Shown in pieces: positions 29,865-45,559 of a stretch of 64,000 nt of DNA. Source of the stretch: the human T2T-CHM13v2.0 reference genome, Homo sapiens; the NCBI RefSeq assembly GCF_009914755.1, contig NC_060945.1, one strand, 5' to 3'. A program made the position numbers and the translations under genes. Under the pieces are notes generated by a model. That model had not been told where the DNA came from and did no database searches. It worked only from the letters and a program-made list of their open reading frames with translations. Each line of letters begins with the position of its first letter. Position 1 is the first letter of the stretch.

Positions 29865-30503
29865 CAGCTGTATAATACATATATTTACAGTATATGGCAT
29901 GATTTTTTGACGTACGTATGTATTGTGAAATTATTATATCAAGCTAAGTATCTATCGCCTTATATAGTTATTTCTGTTGTTGTTAGAACATCTAAGATCT
30001 AGTCTCTTAGCAATGTCCAGGTATACAATACATTTTTAACTATAGTCACCGTGCCATGCAGTACATCTTCAGAACTTATTCAACAGAATGAAAAGACTAA
30101 CTATGGAATGGGAGAATATATTTGTAAACTATACCTCTGATAAGGGGTTAATATCCAAAATATATAAGTAGTTCAGATAACTGAATATCAAGAAAACAAA
30201 TAACCCAATTTAAAAAAAGGGGGCCAAACAACTGAGTAGATATCTTCTAGAAGCTGACATATATATGGTCAAAGGCGTACAAAAAAATGCTCAACATTGG
30301 TTTTCAAGGAAATGCAAATTAAAAACCATAAGGAGATATCACCTCACACCTGGTAGATTGTCTGTTATAAAAAAGACAAAATCTAATGTTGGTGAGGAGA
30401 ACAGAGAAGCTTCGTGCATTGTTTTGGGGAATAGAAATTAGTACAGACATTATGGCAAATAGTATGGAGGTTCCATAAAAATGAAAAAATGGAAATGCCA
30501 TAT
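29865..30503. mobile_element. L1MA-age fragment: 3'UTR on minus strand (~29865-30082) fused to an ORF2 3' piece on plus strand (~30083-30503)
   Basis: aactatagtcacc...cagaacttattca (antisense 3'UTR) abuts acagaatgaaaagac...ctgataaggggttaatatccaaaatatataag...gaaatgcaaattaaaacca (sense ORF2). Confidence 0.8.
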
Positions 30504-31899
30504 CATTGGTTCATTGCTTTTGAATGGCCAAATCCAGGTTAGTGACTGCCAGTTGGTAAACGAGTAACTCTTTTAGAGACTTAAAATATTAATAAGCATG
30601 GAGAACTAGCAGGATTTAGAGATAATAGGGTGGGGTTTAGAGTGGTTGTAAGGTGGGGAAACTCGATTGTTTAGATTAGTGTAATTCATTAAGAACTACA
30701 TAACATTAATATTTAAATATGAGCTGTATCTTTAAATGGCTTTTCTTATTGTGAATCACTACAATGATCAATAATTTAGTAAGCCGTCAGTCTGTGGATG
30801 ACTTACTGAATATTATCATAGTGAAATTACATCAGTTTAGGATGCTTTTAGGGGCAAAGAAGAGAAGGACAAATTCAAAATGGCTTAAAAATAATCTATT
30901 ATAGCACAGGAAAGGCCATATAGAGGTAGGTTTTAATTTCATATTTCTACTCCTGGTTTTGCTGTTTTTACTTGGCTTTGTGGAAGAAACTTGTCTTCAG
31001 CAACTCAAAGCATCACATACTTATGCACTTACCTGAAGTTGGGAAATAAAGAAATATAGGCGCAGTTTATTTTATTGTGTTTCCTTTTATTGCATTTCAC
31101 AGATACTGCATTTTTTTTACAACTCGAATGTCTGTGGCCCCCCTGTGTCAAGCAAATCTATCGGCCTCATTTTTCTGATAGCATATGCTCTCCTTGGGTC
31201 TCTGTGTCACATTTAGGTAACTGGCAATATTTCAAACATTTTATTATTATTATGTCTTTATGGTGATCTGTTATCATTGATCGTTGATGTTACAATTGTA
31301 ATTATCTTAGGGTACCTCAAAGCATACCCACATAATGACAAACTTAATCAATTTATAAGTGTCGTGTATACTCTGACTGCTCCACTGACTGGCTGTTTCC
31401 TGGTATTTGTCCCTCTCTTCAGACCTTCCATTCCCTGAGACACAACAATATTGAAATTAGGCCAATAAATTAACCCTACAATGGCCCCTAAATATTCAAG
31501 TCAAAAGACGGGTCACAGGTCTCTCCCTTAAAATCAAAAGTTAGAAATAATTAAGTTTAGTGAGGAAGGCATATTGAAAGCCAAAATAGGCCAAAAGCTA
31601 GGCCTCCTGTGCCGGTTAACCAAATTATGAATGCAGAAAACACAATTACTGAAGGAAATTTAAAAAGCCACTCCAGTGAATACACAAATAAGAAAGCAAA
31701 GCAACCTTATTGCTTATATGGAGAAAGTTTTACTGGTTTGGATAGAAGAGCAAACTAGCCACAATATTCTCTTAAACCAAAGCGTAATCCAGAGAAAGGT
31801 CCTAATACTCCAGTTCTGTGGAGGCTGAATTGGAGAGGTGAGGCGAGACAGGTGAGGAAGCTACAGAAGAAAAGTTGGAAGCAAGCATAAATTAGTTCA

Positions 31900-32301
<402 letters not shown>

Positions 32302-32567
32302 TTATTCAGAAATTCTAGTTAACATAGTTGATGAAGGCAGGACTACACTAAACAACAGAATTTTAATATAGAAGAAACAGCCTTCTATTGTCAGATGATA
32401 CTATCTAGAAGTTTCTTAGCTAGAGAAGAGAAGTCAATGCTTGGCTTCAAAGTTGCAAAGGACAGGCTGGCTTTCTTCTTAGGGAATAATACAGCTGGTG
32501 ACTAAGCTGAAGGCAATGCCCATTTGCTATTCTTATAGTCCTAGCGTCCTTAAGAATTACGCTATGT

Positions 32568-32853
<286 letters not shown>

Positions 32854-34026
32854 CTATTCTGACTGTGCTCTACAAATGAAACAAAAAGCTGGGATGACAG
32901 CACATCTGTTTACAACATGATTTACTGAATATTGTAAGCTCACTGTAGGGACCTACTTCTCAGAAAAGAAAAAAGTTCCCTTCAAAATATTACTGCTAAT
33001 TGACAATGCCTCTGCTCAATCAAGAGCTGTCGTGGAGATTTACAAAAAGATCAACATTGTTTTTATGCCTACTAACACAACATTCATTCTGTAGCTCAGG
33101 GATCAAGGAGTAATTTTGACTCTTGCTCTTATTCTTTAAGAAATATATTTCATAAGGCTATAGCTGCCATCGGTAATGATTCCTCTAATGGATCTGGGCA
33201 AAGTCAATTGAAAACCTTCTGGAAATTCACCATTCTAGATGCCATTAAGAACATTTGTGGTTCACGGGAGGAGGTCACATGTCAACATTAATAGGAGTTT
33301 GGAAGTTATTCCTCGTATTTCTCCATCCTCATGGATGGCCGAGGTTCAAGACTTCGGCAGAAGTAGTAACTGCAGATCTGATGGAAAGAGGAAGAGAAAT
33401 AGATTAGAAGTGGAGCTTGAAGATGGGACTGAAATTCTGCAATCTCATGACAAAACTTGAATGGATGAGAAGTTATTAGCTTCTTATGGGTAAGCAAGGA
33501 AAGTGATTTCTTGAGATGGAATCTAATTCTGGTGAAGATGTTCTGAACCTTATTGAAATATAAACATTATTTAGAATATTACATACACTTAGTTAATAAA
33601 ACAGTCAGAGGGTTTGAGAAGATTGACTTCAATTTTGAAAAGCATTCTACTGTAGGTCAAACACGATCAAACAATATTGCATGCTACAGAGAAGTACGTT
33701 AGGAAAGGAAGAGCCGATTGAAAACACCGGACATCATTGTTGTGTTATTTTGAGAAATTGCCACAGTCACTTCAACCTTGAGCAAACCCCTACCCTGATC
33801 AGGAAGTAACCATTTACATGGAGGCAAGACCCTCTACCAGCTAAAGGATTAGGACCCACTGAAGGCTTAGATGATCCTTCACTCTTTTTTAGCAATAAAA
33901 CATTTTTAAATTAATGTATGGACATTTTTAGACATCATTCTGTTGCACACTTAATAGACTAGTATAAATACAACTTTTACATGCCCTGGAAAACCAAAAA
34001 AAATTGTGTTACTTAGTTTATTGTGA

Positions 34027-34407
<381 letters not shown>

Positions 34408-35540
34408 CGCCTGTATTTCTTTAGTTGATTTTCTTTGGAGGAAAAATCCCCTTACCCTGTGTTGTCTAGCCAACTTCCCTCAATACTCATTGGCTATAAT
34501 CATTTCATATGATCACTCCTAAATTAATTGGTGGTGAGGAGAATGACATTAACATGATTTCCTTTCCCGAATCAACTCCCTTTTGCTGATGGGAAGATCT
34601 GCCTCCCTCGAAGTACATGACTGGCCAATCAAATGACGTGTCCATCTTGCAAGGAAGAATGAAGGATCGAGAATATTGTAGTCAAATATGTCTGCCGCAG
34701 GAATGTTGAAAAGACCATTTTTGACAAAGAATGCAAACAATATCAAAGCCAACGTTTATAAAGTTCTTACAGTGTACCATATTTATGCGCTTCGTATGTG
34801 TGATCTCATATGATTCTCCAAACTTTTGAGATTATCTTTTATAAATGAGGTAATGAGATTTTAAAGAGTTTAGATGACTTGCCTAACTGACAACACTGTC
34901 AGTGGCAAAGTTGGGATTTGAACTCAGTCTGATTGGCAAAAAGAGTTGTCTTCTACCAGCCAAGTTGCCATAAAAGAAAACTATGCATTGTGCATAGTTT
35001 TACTCTTGTTAAGTGTAAGAATGATAAGGTAAGGCTATTAACTTGCTTTGTGAACAGGCTATGTTCTGGGCACTTTCCAAAAAAAAAGCTGTTATGCTTG
35101 AGCTTCTTTAATACCTATATCTGCTGATATATTATTATTATTTAAAAAGGTTTTACAAATAAGGAAATTATGGGACAGAGTGATAAGTAATTTGCCGCAG
35201 GTCACGTAGCTATGAAGTGACCAAGGTGGAGTTTGAACTCAGGCTTGCTTTGCCTTTGAAGACCTGGGTGCCTCCCACTACACAGTGCTTGGGGACTATA
35301 GTCAATATATGGCAGGAGAAGGGTAATAGATTTGGAATAAACCAAAATGCATACCCTTGTCTAGTCCAACAAAAGCTTATGATATAAAAGAAGCTAACAT
35401 TTTTCAAGGTAAATATTTTTATTGTTTTTACATTCTTTTCAAGAGTATGTAGGAGAATAACATTTTCAAGTGTAAGGAGGCCTAGGAAAATATTCATATT
35501 GTTTCTGGAAGAGGAAGAATTGGTTAAACAATAGAAATGG

Positions 35541-35874
<334 letters not shown>

Positions 35875-37697
35875 CTATAGAGGGAGAAGTTGTAACTAAG
35901 AGTGGTGATTTGAAATGGACCGATGAGGCAAGTTATATATCGAAGCACGGGCGATTATGCAGACTCACTAATCCGGGTGCATGCCTCGACCAAAGTGAGC
36001 TATACTATTCCTCGCTTATGATTTCTTCCAAAAGCTGCACAGTGAATCAAAAGTTAGGGTAATACAAAATCATGGTTTGAAGCACTTGGTGTATGAAACT
36101 ATGCACGCGCTCCATAATTTCTTTTTAGGATAGCTATGCTTTTTCTTTGCCAGGCACTTGCATTAACACTGTGCAAAATAGCCAAATCTATAAAATTTTA
36201 TGTAAAATATATTTTTAAAATTTATGTAACATATATATTTGTTTGTATAGGTCTGTGTATATATATTTGTGTGTGTGTATATACTTATACACATACAGAT
36301 ATTACATATATATGCATACAGAAGCTTGGGGAAACCATTCTATGCTGTATCAAATTCTTTCAATGCTCTATCAAAATGTTTGCTTTATTTGTTTCATTAG
36401 TTTCATTAGTACTGAAATTCATGAATATTTTACGTTATTAGTTCTTTGCTGATTTTTGCTTCTAAGAAGCAAATGTACTTCATTCTAAAACATTGGACTC
36501 ATTATTCACACTTCGTATAACTGAAGACTAATTAGCCAGTGTTTAATTTCTCAAGACTACAAAACAATATCTGCTGTCTCCTTGTTACACAAAACGAAGA
36601 GCTAAACACCTCTCCCCACTATTTTTTCAAAGAAACTCCCAACACACAAGTATCCATAATTGATGATGTTTTCCATCAAAACATAGTCAGTGAATATAGA
36701 TAAAATCGGCATTTGGAGTATGAATGTTTTGGTTCCAGCTCAGGGACTGTAATTGAACTGCATGCGCAGACTTGAATTCTTCATTTCAGTTTCTCCAGTT
36801 TGTAATTAAAGAGATGAAGGCTGCTAAGTTTCTGATGGTGTTATACTCTGTTTTACATTGGACTGCACAACTGAATTATCACACTTCTTGTTACAGTGCT
36901 GCTGAACAAATTTAACATATTTGTAATATCACAATAAGTATTGGATCATAAAATTATAGATGCATATTCTCTTATATTTCAGTGGTCTATCATCGTGTCC
37001 CTTTTGAGAATTACTAAATAGATTATCTGCTTCTATTTCTGTTGACAGAGAACAGATTTCATTTGTGTAAAGAGCTTTTGTGAGGTATGTTGGTTCTGTT
37101 TTTCATATAAAGCATTTCCATATTTTCAGGTACTCAGGTCAACTAAGTGCACTTATTTGCAGCAAAATAAGAATGTTCAAATTAGAGAGTTTGTAGTAAC
37201 TTTATTGCTAGCAGGTTTATGGTTTTATGGAAATAAAAATATTTAGAGAGGAGCTTTCCTTTTTCTATAACTAGCATTGAATGGTTCTATTTTAAAACAA
37301 TTCTTTGATTTACTTTTACTTCTTACAGATTGGTGACACCAGTCAAAATTGTTTCTGAGGTTTTCAGAATTCACATCACGTGGTTGGTCATTGAAGTATT
37401 CTGGCTGAATGGTTGGATGCTAAATGGATTCCTGCCAGCACATGGCAGTTCCAGGCATTGAGGCCAATGACTGCTTAGTGCTGGGGTGAAACACTTTCCC
37501 ATGCACAAGTTGCTGGTGGTTTCCTGTGAATAAATTTGGATCCTGTGGCCTAAATAATTTCTTCAGCAGATAATTCAGTGTCTGTGTTTTGTTCCCAGTT
37601 CTGTTCCATGCTCAGTGAAGCCTCGCTCTGTATACTTAAATATCTAAGTATTTTTCCCTTTAGCTTCAAAGCAAACTTTTTGATAATTATACCTGCA

Positions 37698-37770
37698 AAA
37701 ATTTTATTTTTATTTGTAGAGATGCACACTTCAAAATTTATTTTTATTTGTAGACATGCAAACTTCAAAA
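37698..37770. repeat. ~34-bp tandem duplication
   Basis: aaaatttatttttatttgtaga(g/c)atgca(c/a)acttc twice. Confidence 0.9.
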
Positions 37771-38411
37771 TATTCTTCCATGCCATAGGTTTTATGATGA
37801 TTAAACAGCACGGAGTTTGAGATCTGGCAGATTTGCATATAAATCTTGCTCATCCACTTGCTGGATGTGAGGTCTTCTGCAAGTCATTCAATGCTTTTCT
37901 TAAGAAAAGAATATTAAGAGTGTTCCTTAATATTTTCATCCATAGAATGAGGATAATAATATTAGTGCTATTCACAAAGTATCCAATTAATATTAGCTCT
38001 TTTCCTTAGTATTACAATAGAGCCAATTTATAATTAATTTTTTTATTATTTATTTTCCAAGCCTCCTTTAAAAAATATTCAAAGAAAATTTGGATATATC
38101 AAAAATGATGTTCCAGTAAAATGTCAGAATGTTTATCTTGAGGTAGTTATTAGCTTTGCAAAGTTACATTACCACTCTGCCACTGAATACATTCTATTCA
38201 GTTTTCGCATACTTCGCTAAGTGCCTAGGGCAGCTGATAAGTTTAGCTTTTGTGGGCTTTATGGTGTCTAGATCCTTTCTGCTTCTCTGTGTTAGCTGGG
38301 TGCTGTCGTGGTGCAGGGCTTCATAGATGAGTCAGAATGTGGAATTGAGGGTAATTACTCAGTTTATTAACTGACTAACTGCATAAATCCTGAATCCAGT
38401 ACAAACTTCAG

Positions 38412-38738
38412 TTTCTTTTCTTTTTTCTTTTCCTATTTTTATTTATTTATTCTTTTTGAGATGCTGTCTCGCACTGCTGCCTGGGCTGGAGTGCAGTGGC
38501 GTGATCTAAGTTCACTGCTACCTCTGCCTCCGGGTTCAAGTAATTCTCCTGCCTCAGCCTCCCGAGTTGCCTGGATTACAGGTGCCCACCACCAAGCCTG
38601 GCTAATTTTTGTATTTTTAGAAGAGATGGGGTTTCACCGTGTTGGCCAGGCTGGTCTCAAACTCCTGACCTCAGGTAATCCGCCCGCCTCGGCCTCCCAA
38701 AGAGCTGGGCTTACAGGCGTGAGCCACTGCACCCGGGT
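38412..38738 (-). mobile_element. AluSx-like
   Basis: Antisense Alu; TSD core TTCAGTTTC. Confidence 0.93.
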
Positions 38739-41643
38739 GACCAACATTCAGTTTCCCTCTCAGGGCTGTCCTCCACTCTCAAGGACTTTCCCTTTCTTCC
38801 CTGACATTACTCGAACTGTTGTCTGGGCTCTGGTGGAAGCTTATTGTTGTTATTTTTCTCCACTTCTCTTCATCTGTAACTCACCTGTAGACCTTGGTTG
38901 TGCCTCCACTTTGTGCAGTGTCTGTACTAGCGGCATTTCACAGCGTGACCACAGCACAAGCACAGATGTTTCCGCAATTCTAAGTAAGGCTCCACCTCAG
39001 CTCCCACTGATCCAGTCGTGCCCAGAGGCTCAGCATGCTCTCCCTCGGGACTTGGCTGGTGGAGTTCCTCCCATAACCTGTGTTACCAGGTTTCCTGATT
39101 CGAGCTCTAGTGATGCCCCCAGCTAGTTCCGTAACAATATATTCTCTTCTAATGTATTCATCCTATTAAAGGTATTATAGGAACACTTTTTAAATATCTT
39201 CCACATTATAGTAGAGCAGTAAAGACATAGGGGAGAGGGAAAACTTGGACTCACTGTGGCCTAGTAGACTTCCCTATCTTTATACCCTCTGGAAGGCAGT
39301 CATTCTAGAGTACCGTCCATGCTTGTTGCAAAGACAAAGTCCGTTTATCCCTCAAATCTTTCTGTGGTGGTTATAGTAAAGATTGTGGCAGTAGGGTTGG
39401 TAAGGTAGGTTGGCCAGGTGTCTCCTGGGTCCCACAGAGAATTACAACACAGGAAAGGAAAACATAGTATGCCAAGAGACATTTGATGATCTTCTGCTTT
39501 CATCCTTCCCAGCAATTTATTGCATTCTTCTCTTTAAGGAAATGGGAAACTATACTTAAGCAAATGCATTCTTTTTCTATGGATCATTTTTTTTTTGTAA
39601 ATTCTTTGTTATGGGCCATTTAGTTATTGATATTTAAAGGGGTCCTTATTAAGAAAACATTCATCTCTTTGAAGCACATGGATTTGGGCTTTAAAACCCC
39701 AGCATTCAAGGCCATCCATTCTGCCATGCTCTATTTTAAAGTGTGCTGTGAAAAGCAAAGTTGATGATGACTTTTTTGGTTCTCAGCTTTTGCAGACCTC
39801 ATCAAGCAATGGGTGGCTTAGTTCACTTCCGTGTAAAGCCTGGAGAAACAAGCCTTAGAGAACTTGTTTAGAGAGTGAGAAAGACTCAATACATAGACAT
39901 GTAAGAATGAAATAGAAACAAACAGTAGGAGATAAAATTGAGTCAATGGTGATTGTTATGTTTATAAAAACTAGAAGGATTGATTTGATTCCCAACTTGC
40001 AATTCTAGAACAATTTTCCAGGGGTAGCTTTTTTAATCTTTCACAAGCTGGTATTTTTTAATCTATTCATTTATCCCAATTTATCTTATAAACCCAAGCT
40101 CAAGCCATACTTAATTTTTAAAAACACTTCTTAGTCATTTTAAACCATATTTCTCCATCTCTTATGAACGACTAGTACAAAGATTAGTACCGCTCATTTG
40201 AACATGTAATCTCATATAATCCAGTGTTAGAGTTTTTTAATTTTGTTAATCTCGTCCTCTAAATTTTATTCTAAGCTTCTTACATTCTAAGCTTTTTATA
40301 CACAGAAGTTTTATGTCATGCACATAGTAGATGTTCAGTAAATAGTTTTTGAAAAAATAAATGGATGATGCTCTGATATTGTTATTTATACTTAGAATAA
40401 AAGAAGAGATTGAAAACAGTAACACAAGAAATTTGGTTTATATAAAGTTAAATAAATATCTGGCTGTGATGGCTTTTATAAATGAACATATTGTACTGAT
40501 AAATGTCATAGAATGTAGTCTTGAAAGACTTTAAAGATAAGCGTGCCCTTTTATCTAATTAGAATAGTTTAGTTGAAAATAAAAGTAAAATAAGTTGTAT
40601 CCAAGTGTTTTAAAAAAATACATACTTAAAAAATTAAACTCATGTGTTTTTCCTTCTTTATTTAGATTAACTTAGTAGTTTATTGGAAACTTAATGAAGA
40701 ATATATACAACACTTTCCTTCTCAATACTTTACTTCCAGATTGTTAGAGAAGACAGCAAATAAAGGTAATAGTCAAACTCCTAGAAGACTTTGTGTATAT
40801 AATTTAGTTATTTTCATGTCCTGCCTAACTAAATTATTTTAATTTTTGCATGGCTTTAAATGTTCTATAGTAGAATTGATTTCAGTTATAAAAATAGGGA
40901 GTGGATTTTCAAGTATTACTATTCAGGTAAACAATATTTGAATTATTTTACTGCTAAAACTGTTATACTAGTTATACTTACACACAGGCTAATTCTTTGT
41001 GACCACCCTCTGTATCTAAAGAATAGATTAAAACATAGGTTACTATTTATTAATACAATTGCAAATTATTTTAACATAATTTCATTTCAATAGTCCATTT
41101 GTTTTCATGTAATATACAGTAATAATAATGAGTTTTTTTAATGTTTCACTTTGATGAAATGAATGTTAAAACTTTATAATCTGTTTTCAGTTGTGGGAAA
41201 TTTAGTTTTAACCGGGAAAAGGTGAGGATGTCAAGAAGTGATTGTCATAGACATGTAGATCTTACAATAATTAAATAACAAAAGCAGCAATAACAGAGGC
41301 ATAGCATAATAAAAGTTAGAGTAGAAGAAGTCAACCATTGTAAACATGTATTTGATTTTACATAAAATATTTACTTTAAAATGAGTTAATATTTATAGTC
41401 TAAAAATGTGAAAATACATATATGGTCATAGTCTGAAAGACATATATACAACAGTAAGCTTTATACCTAAATAAGAACATGGGAAGTAAGAAAGATAACT
41501 AGCACAAAAATCCAAACTGGCTGTTTTACTCCATTGAAAGTTGCATTTAATTTTGAGTTGACTGAGAAAGGAATAAGATGGGATATACTATAATTCTTAT
41601 TATGAAATGAGGTAACTGTACTAGTTATTAAGAAGGAATATTA

Positions 41644-41940
<297 letters not shown>

Positions 41941-42997
41941 GAAGAAGGAATATTGAAATTAATTTATTGTGTGGTTCTTCAAGTTAGATAACTTTAAACA
42001 GCTTAATAGATGATGTCTCCCAAACTGGTTTTAGAAAAGATCCAAAACCTTTTTAATAGTATTATTTTAAATTAGCCATGGAAACAGCCTGGAGCTTAGT
42101 GGATTGTATTTGCCTATAATCTAATTTACTCATATATGCATACATGTATGCATATTATAAATATGGATATATTTGACACAAAGAAAGGAGCATTATTGTT
42201 TAGCATTTATTGTATATATATTTAGATATGTCATTCATATCTAATTTTTTACATTAAAGCAACAAGTTAAAATGTAATTTAAAGTGATGAATAATAAAAC
42301 AATTTTCACAAATATGTTTCTGAGGATTTTGGCTTTAATGTCGTATACTCATTTCTATTTGTCAAATCCTAGCTTTGTGAAACCACTGAGCCCTGTGGGT
42401 AATAAAAAGATGTATAAACCCTGGATCATTTTCTCAAGGGATTTACCATCCAAGCATCAGTAATAATACACTTGTTCCCAAAGCAATAATACAAAGAATA
42501 TGTGATATTCCATATAAGTGATGAAATGTGATGTCAGCCTGCGAATGCTATTTGATTGTATGTGTGTGCATGAATGCTGACAATCTGATTGAAACAATGC
42601 AGTCAAAATGAGTCTCTCACTCAGGAAGAACTATAAAATCAACCAGTTTTGTTCTGACACCTACAGGATATCAGTTCCTTTATGATACCACTATTTCTGG
42701 GAGCAGACACACACCTTGCTTTTGCACATGCAGTTTTCCCCTGGAACAAAGGAGATGGTTAGGTTTTGTGTTCTCCAAGAAATCCTGGGGGGGGAAAAAA
42801 CAGAGAAAATTGAAGTATTTATTTATAAAACATGCAAACTATTTTAATACAACATCCTGATTTTACAAATAAAGAGAAAAGAAATCCCTTAAAGGTATAA
42901 ATGACTTCAATTATCCACAGCCAGCACAGAGAATGGCTTGATCCTCAATCAGTTGTCCAACTTAAGTAGAAAAAAACTTTAAAAAATGTACATTGGG

Positions 42998-43307
<310 letters not shown>

Positions 43308-43493
43308 GTGTACAGTAGGAAAAAAAGGTTTTGTTTTGTTTTGTTTTCATTAAAAACTACTTTCAGGTCAGAATTTTATGTGCTTTAAAAGTTATTTTGA
43401 ATGTGCTAGATTATTGTTTGCATTCTTTCCTCTAAATACACACTATAGTCTTTTATTACAAAGGAAAAGGATTTAAAAATTAAGGACTATAAC

Positions 43494-43787
43494 TTTTTTT
43501 TTTTTTGAGATGGAGTCTCCCACTGTAGCCCAGGCTGGAGTGCAGTGGTGCAATCTCGGCTCACTGCAAGCTCCGCCTCCCGGGTTCATGCCATTCTCCT
43601 GCGTCAGCCTCTTGAGTAGCTGGGATTACAGGTGCCTGCCACCATGCCCGGCTAATTGTTTGTATTTTTAGTAGAGACGGGGTTTCACCGTGTTAGCCAG
43701 GATGGTCTCAATCTCCTGACCTCGTGGCCTGCCCACCTAGGCCTCCCAAAGTCCTGGGATTACAGGCGAGAGCCACTGCGCCCGGCC
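43494..43787 (-). mobile_element. AluY
   Basis: caagctccgcctcccgggttcatgccattctc and gtgttagccaggatggtctc diagnostics. Confidence 0.93.
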
Positions 43788-44010
43788 ATTTTTAAATGAT
43801 GTTCTATCTCCCCAGGACTGGCGGTTTCTGTGTATGAGAGACGTCATTTCTAAGATAGTGAGTGTCCCACTGTTTAATATTTTATGATTAGAGGAATTCA
43901 ATGTCTGTCATTTTAAATGTAGAAATTACTGTTATTAATGGTAAGAGTCTTTACTGAATATGAACAAAATGTATTAATTTTACTTGGAGTCAAACCACTA
44001 TATTTTTTTG

Positions 44011-44058
44011 TGTCCCAGGAATTTATTCTCCTATGTCCCAGGAATTTGTTCTCTTATA
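44011..44058. repeat. 23-bp tandem duplication
   Basis: tgtcccaggaattt(a/g)ttctc(c/t)ta twice. Confidence 0.9.
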
Positions 44059-44778
44059 TCAATATTCATTTTTTTCACAAAGAGGAGGCATTTTATAAGA
44101 AAAATAATGGAAATAACTAGTACTACTTCCTGGGCAAAGGATATGGTATTGCTGAGATGGAGCTAATAATTGGTGAACTGGCTATACATACTGGAGCTGT
44201 GAGCTGTTGTGTCTTTGAATGAGAGACTGGACTCAGATTAACTGATTGGCAAGTATACCCACAAGTATATGAGAAGTCTTGGCTGAAAATTGGTTAGCAA
44301 ATTGATAATGCCTTTGGGCAATTGATGTGAAGATAGAGTTTAGTGAGTTCAGGGAGGGTCAATATTTTTAATTGAATTGTGAATGACAACAGGAGTCAGG
44401 TGGAGAATAACCTAAAGCTTGTTTTATCTAAAGTCATTTAAAAGGCTCAAGGCGAGAAATAAGTTTGATGAGTGCTGAGCACTTGGGAAGTATCAGTGTG
44501 ACGTGGATTTGTTCTAGAGGTGTGATGATGGTGGTGAAGAGAGAAACTGACATGAACCTTGGAAGGAAGCAAGAGCCGGGCTCAGCATCTTCTAGCATTG
44601 TGGTAAAGGTTAATAAAAGAAGGCAATTAACTAGGGTTTATTTGAGAAAAGGAAGAGGTTAGAAAAGAAGGTCTAAGTGTTTTAAAGTTTGAGTTTAAAT
44701 GCCTACAATGAAAAATCTTCCAAGTCAAAAATACTTGAGATTATCTCCATGAAAACTTACTTAAAAATTTCAAAGTTA

Positions 44779-45041
<263 letters not shown>

Positions 45042-45238
45042 TTTTCAAATTTAGTATCTTTCCTGGATATCACGTAGTTTCTCTATTCCTAAGAAATTCT
45101 GTTTGATAACATAACCTGTAGTGATGTATTTGTGCACTTCTGTGACATTTGTTTTAACACATTTTGAGGAGAAAATATCTATATTTTTATTTTCACCATT
45201 TTCTTAATCCTATATGAGATTTTTAACCATGGCAAATG

Positions 45239-45559
45239 TTTTCTTTTCTTCTTCTTCTTTTTTTTTTTTTTTTTTTGAGACAGCATCTCATTCTGTTGCC
45301 CAGACTGGAGTGCAGTGGTGCAGTCTTGGCTCACCACAACCTCCACCTCCCAGGCTCAAGTGATTCTTCTGCCTCAGCCTCCTGAGTAGCTGGGATTGCA
45401 GGCGTGCTCCATTGCCACCCGACCAATTTTTGTATTTTTAGTAGAGACGTGGTGTCACCATGTTGGCCAGGCCGGTCTTCAACTCCTGACCTTAAATGAT
45501 TCACCTGCCTCAGCCTCCCAAAGTGCTGGGATTACAGGCGTGAGCTGCCGTGCCCGGCC
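45239..45559 (-). mobile_element. AluS
   Basis: Antisense Alu with (CTT)n/poly-T tail. Confidence 0.93.

Noticed and set aside
35915-35950. Hammerhead-like CGATGAG...CGAAG words and possible snoRNA boxes
   Set aside because: Core is not CUGAUGA/GAAA, stem II does not pair, and there is no D box (CTGA) or properly placed H/ACA boxes
38461-39126. Longest ORF in the window (221 aa)
   Set aside because: First ~90 codons are antisense Alu translation; the remainder has no recognisable domain or exon context
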